Shown here: in pieces, positions 25,071-36,385 of the stretch
How the letters are laid out: each line of letters begins with the position of its first letter
How positions within the stretch are numbered: the stretch's first letter is position 1
Source: Lama guanicoe
Lineage: Eukaryota
Reading direction: 5' to 3'
NCBI GenBank assembly: GCA_013239625.1
Contig: MU054212.1
Location: 8,455,084-8,519,083, forward strand
Length of the DNA: 64,000 nucleotides
Position numbers and translations under genes: made by a program
The notes under the pieces: generated by a model
Seen by the model: the letters and a program-made list of their open reading frames with translations, nothing else
Told to the model about the DNA's origin: nothing
Database searches by the model: none

Positions 25071-26297
25071 TCCAAGTCCTTTTTTTTCCTTTAATACAGT
25101 TATTTTTAAGAGAGATACAAACTTCAAAGTGAAGTTTCCTTGTGGTACATTAACAGGCCAGTCATGATTAATTTTGTTTCAAAATATTATGTAAGTACTC
25201 TTAAAAGGCTACTTTTATTTCATAATACTTGGGAAATGTAGATAAGCACAAAACAGGATAGTAAAATTCCAGAGAGAATCTTCGGTAACACTTTTTGCTT
25301 ACAGCTTTTTGGTTCTGTGAACATACCTTTATTTAAAAAATGCAGATAGGGCCACTTAAATATTGTAAACATAAATCTCATTATTCTAGCTCTTGGCTGG
25401 CAAGCAAGCCACACAAACCTCTGAATGATTTAAGTAGAACATTTATTAAAATAACCGTTATGCCTAGTGAGTGACGGAAGACCAGGGCTGCGTCTTCTCT
25501 TCAGACCAGGGTAGGCTAGGAATTGGAATCAGTGCCAAGGAAGTGTTTCTTAAGGGGACACAGTAGAAGGGCCCCTCTCAGAACATAACGCAGGAGACAC
25601 TGCCCCCAAACAGTCCCCATCCCGCAGGGGCCGAGCAGTATTTGTCCCCCAAGGCCTGGCTGCCTCTTCCGGCGGTGCGGGTCGGTGGCCTCCCCTATCG
25701 CCGCCCATCCTGGGTCCTGCACCTCCTGCATCCCCGTCGCCGCGCGCGGCGCTCAGCAGGGCCGGACCAAGGCGCCGCCGACAGTCTTCCAGCTGCACGT
25801 CCTCCTCGGCAGCTCGCGAGCGGCCCCACCCGGGTCAGGAGCAGCCTCGGCCCCGGCCCCGGGGACAAGGATCTCCTCGGCGCGGTGAGAGCACATTCCT
25901 TTCCTCCCACCCCACGATCTGCTCGACGTGAAACGGCCGAGTTGTCTTTCACTTGCCGCGGCAGCCTCTTTGTCCGTCCACAGGTTCAGGTGGAGACCCC
26001 ACCCGGCCCGGACGGCACGGCCGAGCCCGTCGCAGACCCAGCCTCGCCAGGGTCAGGTCCGCACGCGCCTCCAGGGGGCCCTCGCCTCGGCGCCCCGGTT
26101 CCGCGCTTTCCCGCGGGACGGGCAGGCAAGGGCAGAGGCGCCGAGACGCCGGAACCTCCACTGCCCCGAGGGAAGAGCCCTGGCCCCGAGGTGGGCTCGC
26201 CGCAGGGGCGGGGGCGGCGCATCCGGGTGAGCGCGCGGCGCCCCCGCCTCCCCCGCGCCGCCGCCCGGGCCGCTGCCGCCGCCGCGAGCACGCCGCG

Positions 26298-26502
26298 NNN
26301 NNNNNNNNNNNNNNNNNNNNNNNNNNNNNNNNNNNNNNNNNNNNNNNNNNNNNNNNNNNNNNNNNNNNNNNNNNNNNNNNNNNNNNNNNNNNNNNNNNNN
26401 NNNNNNNNNNNNNNNNNNNNNNNNNNNNNNNNNNNNNNNNNNNNNNNNNNNNNNNNNNNNNNNNNNNNNNNNNNNNNNNNNNNNNNNNNNNNNNNNNNNN
26501 NN
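26298..26502. other. Assembly gap (205 N)
   Basis: Run of N in the most GC-rich part of the island. Confidence 1.
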
Positions 26503-26520
26503 GCCGCCGCCGCCGCCGCC
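26503..26520. repeat. (GCC)6 or longer trinucleotide repeat abutting the gap
   Basis: gccgccgccgccgccgcc immediately after the Ns; true length unknown. Confidence 0.9.
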
Positions 26521-26534
26521 GCGCGCCGACCGAG
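26503..26534 (+). other. GALNT1: Visible 3' end of GALNT1 non-coding exon 1; 5' part and TSS probably inside the N gap
   Basis: (GCC)6GCGCGCCGACCGAG followed by consensus donor GAG|GTGAGT (26535-26540) in the core of the only CpG island upstream of the coding exon. Confidence 0.75.
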
Positions 26535-27409
26535 GTGAGTGTCCGCCCGCGCCCGGGCCGTCCCAGAGCCGCGGCCGCTTGCGCGGGGCCGGCGGAGGGA
26601 GGGGAGGAGGAGGCCCGGCCGCGGCCGCGTCTCCGGTCCCTTTGTGGCCGGCGCGGCGGTGGCCGGGGCGCGAGCGCGCTGGGCGCGGGTCCGGGTCGGG
26701 GACTCCGGGGCTGCTGGACACGCGGCGTCTCTGGTTGGCAGCTGCGGCGAGCAGCGAGTTTCCGTCCTAGTTTGACATTGAGTTAGAACCGTTTTTCTTT
26801 AGAAGACGGAAGTTTGTTTTATTGACCAAAAATATAGCTAAATATGGCTCCTGGGTTCGGCCCGGCCGAGTGGTACTTGGAGCCGCGGTGCCAGGCTGAC
26901 CCCCGCCCGGCCGGCGCGACGGGGGAGGGGAGGGCACGAGGGCGGCCCGGGGCGGGGGCTTCCTGGCCCAATACCCGCCAGCGCGACCTGGTCCTGAATT
27001 AGCAAATGTCTGTGGATGGAAAGTAGCGGGCTTTAGGTAATGTGGCAGCGCTTCCTGGAAGAATGAATGAATGAAATGTCATTTACTCATCCATAGTCTA
27101 TACCGTGCCCATTTAAAGATTTGCGAGGAATTGTGATGATTTGCAATGTCATTGCCTCTCTTACCTGGTCAACCTTGCTAAGTGAAGGTCCCCCTACTCC
27201 GAACTTATGACCTTGGCCTCATTCGCAGAGCCTCTAAGCTAACCTGGCAAGTGTTGGCAACGGGCAGAGTAGTGTTTGTGATTGTGAACTGTTTCTGGAG
27301 GGCGACAGTGTTACCTTGATCATACCTTATGTTTAATACACTATATAATATAATTACTCTTGTCAAGAACCCTGAGAGGCTTGGGGTAGGGGGAGTGTCT
27401 TGTCTTCTT

Positions 27410-27520
27410 TTCAAAAATGAAGAAGTTGGGACCCTAAGAGATTGTAACTTTCCAGGTCACAAACTAAGCAGCAGAGCTGGGATTCAAACCTGAGTCTTAT
27501 TAATCCAGTGCTCTTTATAT
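27410..27520 (-). mobile_element. MIR remnant
   Basis: aggtcacaaactaagcagcagagctgggattcaaacctgagtct. Confidence 0.65.
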
Positions 27521-27549
27521 CACACCTGTGTCAAGACCTGGATTTGTTC

Positions 27550-27680
27550 ATTTTAGTGGCCACTAACCACATGTGGCTATTTGGCTATTTAAATTAATTA
27601 AAATTAAATTTTTGAAAATTCACTAGCCACATTACAAGTATTCAGTAGCCACATGTGACCAATGGCTACTATTGACAGCC
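27550..27680. mobile_element. MER3/MER33-like hAT-Charlie remnant
   Basis: gccactaaccacatgtggctatt...ctagccacatt.caagt..tcagtagccacatgtg.ccaatggctac. Confidence 0.7.
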
Positions 27681-27846
27681 CTTGTCTAGGCCATATATTG
27701 ATTTATTTTTTCAGTAAATACTTTTTCAGTGTCATCTGTCTATGAGGCAGAGTTTTAAGTTCCGGGTATACTGTGGTGAATAAGAGGCAAAATGTCCTTG
27801 GCTTGCATTTTACATGATAGTTTGAAGAATGTTTCTGTGGTACCTT

Positions 27847-28030
27847 CAGTGCCTTGCTAATTCAAAGTGTGGTTTGTGAACCAGCAGCAGCATCTTTGTC
27901 ATCTGGGAGTTTGGAAGAAATGTAGAATCTCAGATCCCAAACCAGATCAACTGAATTGAGTGCTGTTAAGGTGATTTAACAGGTCACAGGTGATAGATCA
28001 CGGCTCTCAAGTGATTTGTTTTCACACTGA
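27847..28030. mobile_element. MER5A-like hAT MITE
   Basis: tcaaagtgtggt...accagcagcagcatc...ctgggagtttg..agaaatgtagaatctcag. Confidence 0.7.
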
Positions 28031-28159
28031 AGGCCTTATTCAGAACACCGGTGATAACTGGGTTTAACAGATGTCCTAATGGATTGTTTGGTAGGGCTCC
28101 TAAGAGGCCAGCTGTAAAGTCTTGGCAACACTCATTATTTACACAAATACTTATTAAAT

Positions 28160-28285
28160 GCCTGTCTCCAATAGAGTATAAGCGTTTTGAGAGCAGAGAT
28201 TCTTTTCCTTTTCCAGCCATGTATCCCCAAAGACTTCACAGAGCCTGGGACGCAGTAGGCACTCAATAAATGCATATTGTGTATA
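28160..28285 (+). mobile_element. L2 3' end
   Basis: tgtatcccca...cagagcctgggacgcagtaggcactcaataaatg. Confidence 0.7.
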
Positions 28286-28529
28286 TTAATGAGCCTCTTC
28301 AGAAGTCAAAACTAGTTATTCTCAAGCAGTTGCAAGCAAGGCAGTTTTCAGGTAAGAGCACGGGACCAGAATCAAAATGAAGGTAGAGCTATGTGTAGCT
28401 TTTCAGCTCCAAGCCCCAACTATCCTGGCCTGAGTTTCATTTCCTGCCTCACTTGCATGCCCTAGCTCTTTCCCTTTTTAACAATATAGAATAATGTTTA
28501 TATATCATATTTAATCATATGTTGGTGCC

Positions 28530-28566
28530 GTGTGTGTGTGTGTGTGTATATATACATATATATATA
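28530..28566. repeat. (GT)n(AT)n compound microsatellite
   Basis: Read directly. Confidence 0.9.
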
Positions 28567-29759
28567 GTTTTTTAAGCTAAATTCTGAACTTTATTTGGAT
28601 TTCACCAGTTTTTCCATTAATATCCTCTTTCTGTTCCAGGAGCCAATCCAGGGTACCACATTGCACTCCGCTGCATTTAGTCATCATGTTTTCTCAGTCT
28701 TTGGTCTGTGGCAGTTTCTCAGTTTCTCTAGTTTTGCATAACTTTGGTAGCCTTGAGGAGTCCTGTCCTGGCTGTCTTTGGTGGACAGCTTTTCATAGAC
28801 CAGTTCTGGGAAAAGGCTCTCATATTCAGGAAAGGAAGACCATAGCAGGAAGAGCTATTTCTGCTCTTATTTGTTCATGTAATATATACATCTATTATGC
28901 TTCTGTAACAACTTACAACTTCAGTATGTTGTTTTCAGTAACAGATTCTTGGGATACAGTTCTTAATTGGTTGATATTCAGAAGCATGTTACAGCATTGC
29001 CAGTGTTAACCACTGTTTTAAAATATACTGAGTCTTTATTTTTCTGATGAGTTCAAAGCCAGGCTGAGGTAGAGGAGCCAGAAAAAATAAGAGATTAGCT
29101 AAAAGAAGTAGTGGATCAGAGAGGGACCAAGGCTAGTGGAGTGACAGACAATGCAGGAAAGAAGACTGCATAAAAGAGAAGTAGGAGTGAATACTTACTG
29201 TTGGTTCATTGACTCAGTTAATATTTATTGAGCACTTGTTGTGCCAGACCCAGAGCTAGATTCTCAAGATAACTGGGATGGGACAGATTAGATGAACATG
29301 CAGTTAAGTACATAATAATTACAACTTGTGATGGGTGCTATAAAGAAAAGGTAAATGATGCTGTGTGTGTGAGGGCTTAGGAGCTGCTGCTTTTGGTTGG
29401 CTGGGTTGGTGAGAAAGTCTTCTCTCAGTAAGTGACATTTGAACTCCTCTCTCCAGCTTTTGGGGACCTCCCATTGTTACCCCACACTGCTTACCCCATC
29501 TTTTTGTTATTTCACAACACACACAGGCCCCTTTCTGCATAGGCACTGCACTTATTTTTAGCTCTGCGTTTTTATGTGATTTCTTCTTCCCAACATGCTC
29601 CCCTCTCCACCTCTACTTGTGGAAGTACTACCTCTTGTTCAAGGATTTGTTCAAATCCCATCTCCTTTATGAACTCTTTGATGAACTGTTGATTTATGCT
29701 TGTTTGTCACTCTACCTGAGTGTATGGTGTTTGAGGGTAGGGATAAAATGAATCTTAAG

Positions 29760-32700
29760 TAGGTGTAGAATGATTCCTCCCACTTCATTATTCCTTTTCA
29801 AAATTGTTTTAGCTGTTTGTTCCTTTGCCTATCCCTATAAATTTTAGAATAATCTTGTTTATAATTACAAAATCTTACTGGGAGTTTGATAGGAATTGCA
29901 TGAAACTTGTGTATCAATTTGAGTAGAATTTATGTCTTACTGTGTTATGTCTTCCAGTCTATGAACATGGTATGTCTTTTCATTTGTTTGGACCTTCTTT
30001 TCTTTATTTCATCAGCATTGTGTAGTTTTATCATACAGGTCTATATTTTGTTAGACTTTGTTGGATTTTTGTTAGATTTACATATAAGTATTTGCATTTT
30101 GAGCAATTGAAATGGCATTGTATTTAAAAGTTTGATGTCCATATGTTCATTGCTAGTATAAGGAAATATTAACTTTCTTACATTGATCTTGTATCTTGCA
30201 ATCTTGCTAAACTCATTTATTAGTTCTAGGAGTTTTTCTGTAGATCCTTCGCAACTTTCTAAGTAGACAACCATGTCATGTTTACATAGGGGCAGTTTTA
30301 TTTCTTCTTTTTCAATCTGCATGCCATTTATTTCCTCTTCCTCCCTTATTGCACTGGCTAAAACTTCCGGGACTGTGTTTAATAAGAATAGTAAAAGAAC
30401 GTCTTTGCCTTGTTCCTGATCTCAGGGAGAAAGCATTCAGTCTTTTACTATGTTTTGGGTCAGTCTCAGCCAATCCATAGTGATGCTTTTGGCTAGAAAT
30501 GCCTAGGGGCACTCCCCTGGGCCAGTGGTGAGGCCCCACACAGACGTTTCCCCCTTTGGAGCCAGTGTTGTGTCTGGACTGGCCCTTGTGGCTCTTACTA
30601 TGATTGCAAAACACACTTTAGCAGCAGCCATCAGGGAACTTTGAAAAGAAAAGGTTTATTACTCACAGGTGCTGGAGGATGATACATGGCATGCCTGAGG
30701 CCACACTGCAAGGTCATGAGTAGAGGGCGCGGACCTGGGTTTCTGCTTTTATTGAGGTTGAGGGCTGGGTGCCTAGGGTTTTGTGGGTTCACTCTTTATT
30801 GGTGAATGTAAAGTGTAAGAACAGGAAGGGAAAAGTAAGCCATCAAATGATCAGCTGTCTCATCTACCACAGCTCTCTTAAAAAGGAAAAAAGGAAACTT
30901 AATGGGTGGGGCAGTCTGGCTCTTTACCTGGTTGTGTGGCTGGCAATGTGTTATTTGAGATGGATGCCTTTAAAGTAGGTACCCAGACAATCAAAAGCTT
31001 AATGTCAGGAGTTTACGTTATACAATCAAAAAAGCTGATTGTCAGGCACTTATATTATACACTATTAAGTATAATGTTAACTGAAGGTTTTTTTGTAGAT
31101 GCTCTTCATCAAGTTGAGGAAGTTCTCCTCTATTCCTGTCTTTCTGAGAGTTTTTGTCATGAATGGGTGTTGAATTTTGTCATGAGCTTTTTGCTTTGAT
31201 TTTATGGTCCTGTGATTTTTCTTCTTTACTATTGATATAATGGAGTATTTTGACTGATTTTTTTTTAATTGAGCCAAATTTGCATTATTGGAATAAACCC
31301 CACTTGGTCATGGTGTATATAATCTCTTTCATGTTTTGCTGAATTCTGTTTACTAATATTTGATAAGGACTTTCTGCATTTATATTCATGGGAGCATTTA
31401 GCACTATAGGTTTTCCTTCTAAGCACTGTTTTAAGCTGTGTCTTACAAATTTTGTTCTATTGTATTTTTATTTTCACCTACTTTATATTTTTATTTCCCT
31501 TGACACTTCTTTGACCATGGGTTATTTAGAAGTGTGTTGCTTAGTTTCCAAGTGCTTGGAGCTTTTCTTACTATCTTTCTATTTTTGGTGTCTATTTTGA
31601 TTCTGTTGTGGTTGGAGAAGATACTCTTATGATTTCAGCTCTTTCAAATTTGTTTAGACTTGTATTGCTCAAAATATGGTCTGTCTTGTTATATGTTCTG
31701 TGGACACTTGACTAGAATGTGTTTTATACTGTTAAGTAGAGTGTTTTATAACTGTTTCATAAATATCAGTTAGATCCATCAGTTGTTGAGGCGTTGTTGA
31801 GTTCTTCTACACTCTCGCTGTTTTTTCGCCTAGTCTGTCAGCTCTTAAGAGGGAGGGTTGTTGAAATCTCTAACTATATTTGTGGATTTATCTGTGTCTC
31901 CTTTTAGGTTATATCAGTTTTTAGCTTTACATATTTTGCAGCTCTCTGGTGCATACACATTTAGGGTTGCTGTGTTTTCTTGGTGGATTGACCCTTTCTA
32001 TCATTACATAATGTCCTTTTTTGTCTCTAGTAATTCTCTTTGCTCTGAATTCTGCTTTATCTGATATTAACATAGCCACTACTTTTCTTTTTCCTTTGAT
32101 TGCTCTCATTTAATTGTTTGGACGGTATATCCCTTTCCTTTTTCTTTTTCTTTTTTTTTTTTCACTGTCAACCTGCCTAAACTATTACGTTTGAATTAAG
32201 TGTCTTGTAGACAGCAGTTGGGTTATGTTTTTTTCCTTTTTAATTGATTCTGGCAGTCTCTGTCTTTTTCATTGATGCATTTAGACCATTTATACTTAAT
32301 GTAATTATTGGTCTGTTAGAGCTTAAGTCTGCCATTTTATTTTTGTTTGTTCCCCCTTTTTTTGTTTTTCTGGGCTTTCTCCCTATCCTCGACTTTCTGT
32401 GGGTTACTTGAATTTTTTTTTTTTTTTAAGAATTCCACTTTATACTGTTTTTGAGTGTATTTCTTTATATAGCTTTTTTAAATTAAAAATATTTTTGCTG
32501 GTTGATGCAGGTATTGTATATACAAAGCTAATCATTGTTTACCTGTGTCATCATTTTACCTGTTCCAATGAAGTATAGAAACCTCACTTCCCTATATATC
32601 CCTTTCCCCTCCCCCGTTTGAATACAATTGTATGTATTTCTTTTAAAAACATTTGGAAGTGCTTTAGACACTGTGTTACAGTTTTTGCTTTCACAAACAT

Positions 32701-34520
32701 AAATGAGTAAACTTGAGGGGAGAAGGAAAGCCTGTTTACCTGTATTTTTGCTTACTGTGTTTTCTCTTGATGTCTCAGGATTCCTTCCCTTATCATTTCT
32801 TTCCTGTTTTAAGAATTTCATTTAGCCATTTTCTAGGGTATGTCTGCTGATGACAAACTTTCTTTGGTTTTCTTCATTTGAGAGTGTCTTGATTTGCTCT
32901 TCATTCCTAAAGGTTGTTTTCTTTGGGTATAGGGTTCTGTGTTGATCTTCTCTTCCAGCACATAGAAAATATTCCACTTGCCTCTGGCCTCCATGGTTTC
33001 AGATGATAAATCCACTGTCTAAATAGTATTTCCTCTCTAGTTTATGTGTCACTTTTCTCTCACTATTGTCAGGATTTTTTCTTTATTTTTAGTTTTCAAA
33101 TGCTTAATTGTGACACATATTGGTTTGGATTTCTTTTGGTTTATCCTGTGTGCGTTCACTCAGCTCCCTAAGTCTGTAGGTTTATGTCTCTTTCCAAATT
33201 TGGGAAGTATTCACCATTATTTCTTTGAGTGCTTTTTCAGTCCACTCTGTCTTCTCTCTTGTCAAGACTCTGATGATTTGAATGTTAGATGTTTTGTTAT
33301 GATCCTACAGGTTCCTAAGGCTGTCAATTCTTCCTTAGTTTATTTTTCTGTTGTTTAGATTGAGTAATTTCTGTTGCTGTATCTTCCAGTTTCTTTGTCA
33401 CTTTGATTCTGCTATTGAGTTCATCCACTTAGCTTTTCATTTCAGTATTTTTCAGCTCTAAAATTTCCATTTTGTTCTTCTTTATATCTTCTGTTTCTTT
33501 GTTGAGGTTATTTATTTGTTTTATTTATTTTTAATTTAAATTCCAAGCGTGCTTGAAATTGCTTATTGAAGCATTTCTGTCACAGCTGCATTATAATCAT
33601 TCTCAGATAATTCTAACATCTCTGTCATTTTGGTGTTGGTGTCTACTGATGTCTTTTTCATTTAGTTTGAAGTGGTCCTGGCTTTTGGTATGGTGAGTGA
33701 TTTTTTTTTCAATTAAAACCTGAACATGTTTATATCATGCCGTGAAATTCTGAATCTTATTTAAGCCTCTGTTTTAGCTGCCTGCTTTGGACGCTCCTCC
33801 AGCAGGGCAGGGGCCGCCTGCGATGCTGCCTTGTTACCTCGAGGAGGAATCAGAAGTACATGCTCCCCACTTGGCCTTTCTTGCCCCAAGAAGTAGTGTT
33901 TTGTTACCAGCACATGGGGGTAGAGATCCAGAATTCTCCAGGGAGATGGTGTGGCTGGGTGCCTTGTTACCAGCTTCCATGGATGAAAGCGTGGGCTCCC
34001 TACCTGGCTTCCTCAGCATCACTGTCGTGTGGAGGGGGTGGGGGTGCCTTGTTACCGCCTGGTGAGTATATGGAAGTCTGAGCTATGCACCCGAGCTTTG
34101 CTGGCCTGGGTGGGGCCACGGTTTTTTCTGTGGTGTTTGTCTGGAGTAGAGTGGTTTTGTCCTTAGAGTTTTCTGTCTTGTTATGATGTGCCTTTTCTGA
34201 TCCTTTGGCTCGAGAGAGCAGGCTTTTGTTGGGGCTTTTTTTTGTCCGTGCCTGTTGGCATTTCCAGTTTGCCAGCTTCTTCAGCTCCAAGTCTGGGATA
34301 TATGAGGCAACAATAAAACCCTGGGTGGTCACCATTATGTTGTTCCTCGGGCCCGAGGTCCCTTGCCAGTCTACCTTCTCTCCACATTTAAGGGCCCTCT
34401 TATGTTTGTTTTGTATGCAGTGTCCAGGATTTCTAGTTATAGCTAGCTGGAGGAATAGGGGAAAGTACATCTACTCCAGCTTCCTGGGAGCAAATGTCCC
34501 TGAAGGACCCAGTTTTTAAC
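29760..34520 (-). mobile_element. Long antisense L1M remnant (parts of ORF2, ORF1 and 5'UTR), split by an LTR
   Basis: Minus-strand ORFs QIEKEEIKLPL...INEFSKIARYKIN (RT), HDKIQHPFMTKTL (RT), AMLISDKAEFRAKRITRDKKGHYVMI (EN) and DLSSETMEARGKW (ORF1), in the correct order. Confidence 0.92.
30451..31061 (-). mobile_element. ERVL-class solo LTR (MER76-like, from memory), 611 bp
   Basis: TG...CA ends; it interrupts a contiguous L1 sequence (cagtcttttacta|...|ctattaagtataatg) with a short cta(t) duplication; AATAAA on the minus strand. Confidence 0.7.
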
Positions 34521-36174
34521 ACCTGCCTTTGTCATAGGCTGATTCTTTTCTAGCATATATAAAAAATGAATTACAAGAAAGATGAAATTAAAAGGCTACA
34601 ATATACAACTTCCACTATTTTATTATTAGATTTGGTAGATACAAAATCTCTGTCACACTGCTATCAGCATTTCTAAGTGCTTGCTCCCCGTCTCATACTT
34701 ACTTCTTTTGGAGAAGGTACAAGCAGTTTGCTGTCTAGGGACTGCACTGTGACTCATACTGCCTGGGGTATGGCTGCTTGCTTCTTTCTGAAATTAGAGG
34801 TCAGTGATCAGCCATTCAGTTAAGTTTCTCCTCTGCTGTTTTCCTTGTATTTTTGTAGGGACATCCTCAGTGTGAAATTCTTTTAGTCCTCAAGGAGAAA
34901 GAGTGTTTTAGGGCAGCTGTAGCAACAGCGATGAGACTTCAGAGTGCATCTCTGATTTAATGTGACTTATTTCTCCTTTGATTTTTAGAGTTCTGATAAG
35001 TCATAGAATAAATTCATGTGAGTGTTTATAAGAACGCTTTATAATCATTGTAATTTATGACGTCTAATGTTACATAGAGAGCATATGATTGTTTTTGGTT
35101 CTGGGAAGAGGTCTCAGCATAGGTTTCTGGTATGTAATCTTTTGGTTGACAACCTCAGCTGTGAGACAGACACTCAGGGACTAGGTAAAGCCTTCTGGGG
35201 AGCCATGAGGTGATTTGAAGACAGTTCTTTAGGTTTAGATGTCATGGTTTTTGCTAGATTTTTGTGTCTTTGGTAATGACTTCCTTCTTGTTAAAAAAAA
35301 TTTAAAGTGTCAGTTCAGTTATAAAAAAGAGTAGAATTTGCATTGCATTTGTAGAAAGCTACATGCTAAGTTGTTGGATTAGTCTTTGAAAATTGCACAT
35401 TGCATTTTATATTTTGTTGTTCCTCTTAAGGCTAAAAAGTGAGTGAAGTTCTCCAGGAATGTTGTTACTCATTTTTCCATCTCTCGGAATTAGTGAGTTA
35501 TCAGTAAACACTTTGCTAGTATTTACAAGTCCCTGTGCCTAGCAGGACCTCTAGAGGGGGAGAGGGCAGTGTGGTAACAGTGGTAAGGCCTGACCGCTTA
35601 AGAGGAAAGTCCATATTCTGCTCATAGTCAGGCTGCAGAATTACTTGTCATTATTTTAAGTGTTTCAACGCAAAGGAAACACTACCTGACTAAATAGGAC
35701 TGTTTTATTTCAACTTTTACCCAGAATTAGGGGCTCTGCCACTTAGCATGGAGAATGGTGGTAAGATGACCAGTCTCTGATCTGAAACTTGGGCGAGGAG
35801 GGGAGTGTGAGAGTAGAGGGAAGAAGAGAATGATTAATTGCAGACTAGCAGTCTTTGAACAGGGCTGGGAAATCCTATGATGAACAGCCTCTGGGGCATT
35901 TCAGTGCATGAGCCGTAAGGACACCCCTGGAGAGAAAGGAGCTTTGTGGTAGAAGCTTTTGCCTGGAAATGCCCTGGAGTTAGAGGCACTCCTGTGCCAA
36001 CACTGGCAGTTTATCAGCTGGTGTTTGTCAGCTGGTGTTGTGAGCTCTTACCCCACAAGGGGAAGTTTGAGGAGTATTAGAGGAACAGCAGGTTGGTTCA
36101 GATGGACAAAGGCGTAGGCTATTGATAATTGGAGATGGTGCTACAAACGCAAAAAAGACACAGTGTATGTAGCC

Positions 36175-36385
36175 CTGCTCAGTGCCAGGCAGTACTCTAA
36201 GTGTTCTGCTTACATTGATTCATTTAATCTTGATAAGCAGCCTTGGAGGTAGATGCTCTCATCGTTATCCCCACTGTCGAGATGGAGCCGCAGCCCAGGG
36301 GAGTTACGTGGTGACTGCACCTGCCCCTGCGTCTGCACATTTACCCTGGCAGTCTGGCTCCAGAGTTCATGGTCTTAACCACTGA
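36175..36385 (-). mobile_element. MIR
   Basis: gtgccaggca.tactctaagtg...tcatttaatctt...tatccccact...gtctggctccagag...tcttaaccact. Confidence 0.85.

Larger units (their letters stand above)
25600..27000 (+). promoter_or_regulatory. CpG-island promoter of GALNT1
   Basis: Very high GC and CpG density against a CpG-depleted background. GC boxes GGGGCGGGG (26205-26213) and CCCCCGCCTCCCCC (~26241-26254); CGCG palindrome GCTCGCGAGC (25812-25821); ETS-type CGGAAGT (26807-26813). No TATA box in the visible part. Confidence 0.9.

Noticed and set aside
1..25500. Exons of the expected upstream neighbour INO80C
   Set aside because: No translation resembling INO80C was seen; it presumably lies outside the window.
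25516..26786. Long overlapping ORFs (298, 277 and 222 aa) on both strands
   Set aside because: Pro/Arg/Ala/Gly-rich artefacts of stop-poor CpG-island DNA; several run through the N gap; no recognisable domain.
29760..34520. Potentially active L1 or domesticated RT
   Set aside because: ORFs are broken into short pieces with deletions and an LTR insertion.
36014..36040. Tandem E-boxes (tcagctggtgtt twice), other short duplications (~17494-17531, 57182-57201) and scattered AP-1 heptamers
   Set aside because: Ordinary slippage duplications or chance-frequency motifs with no supporting context.
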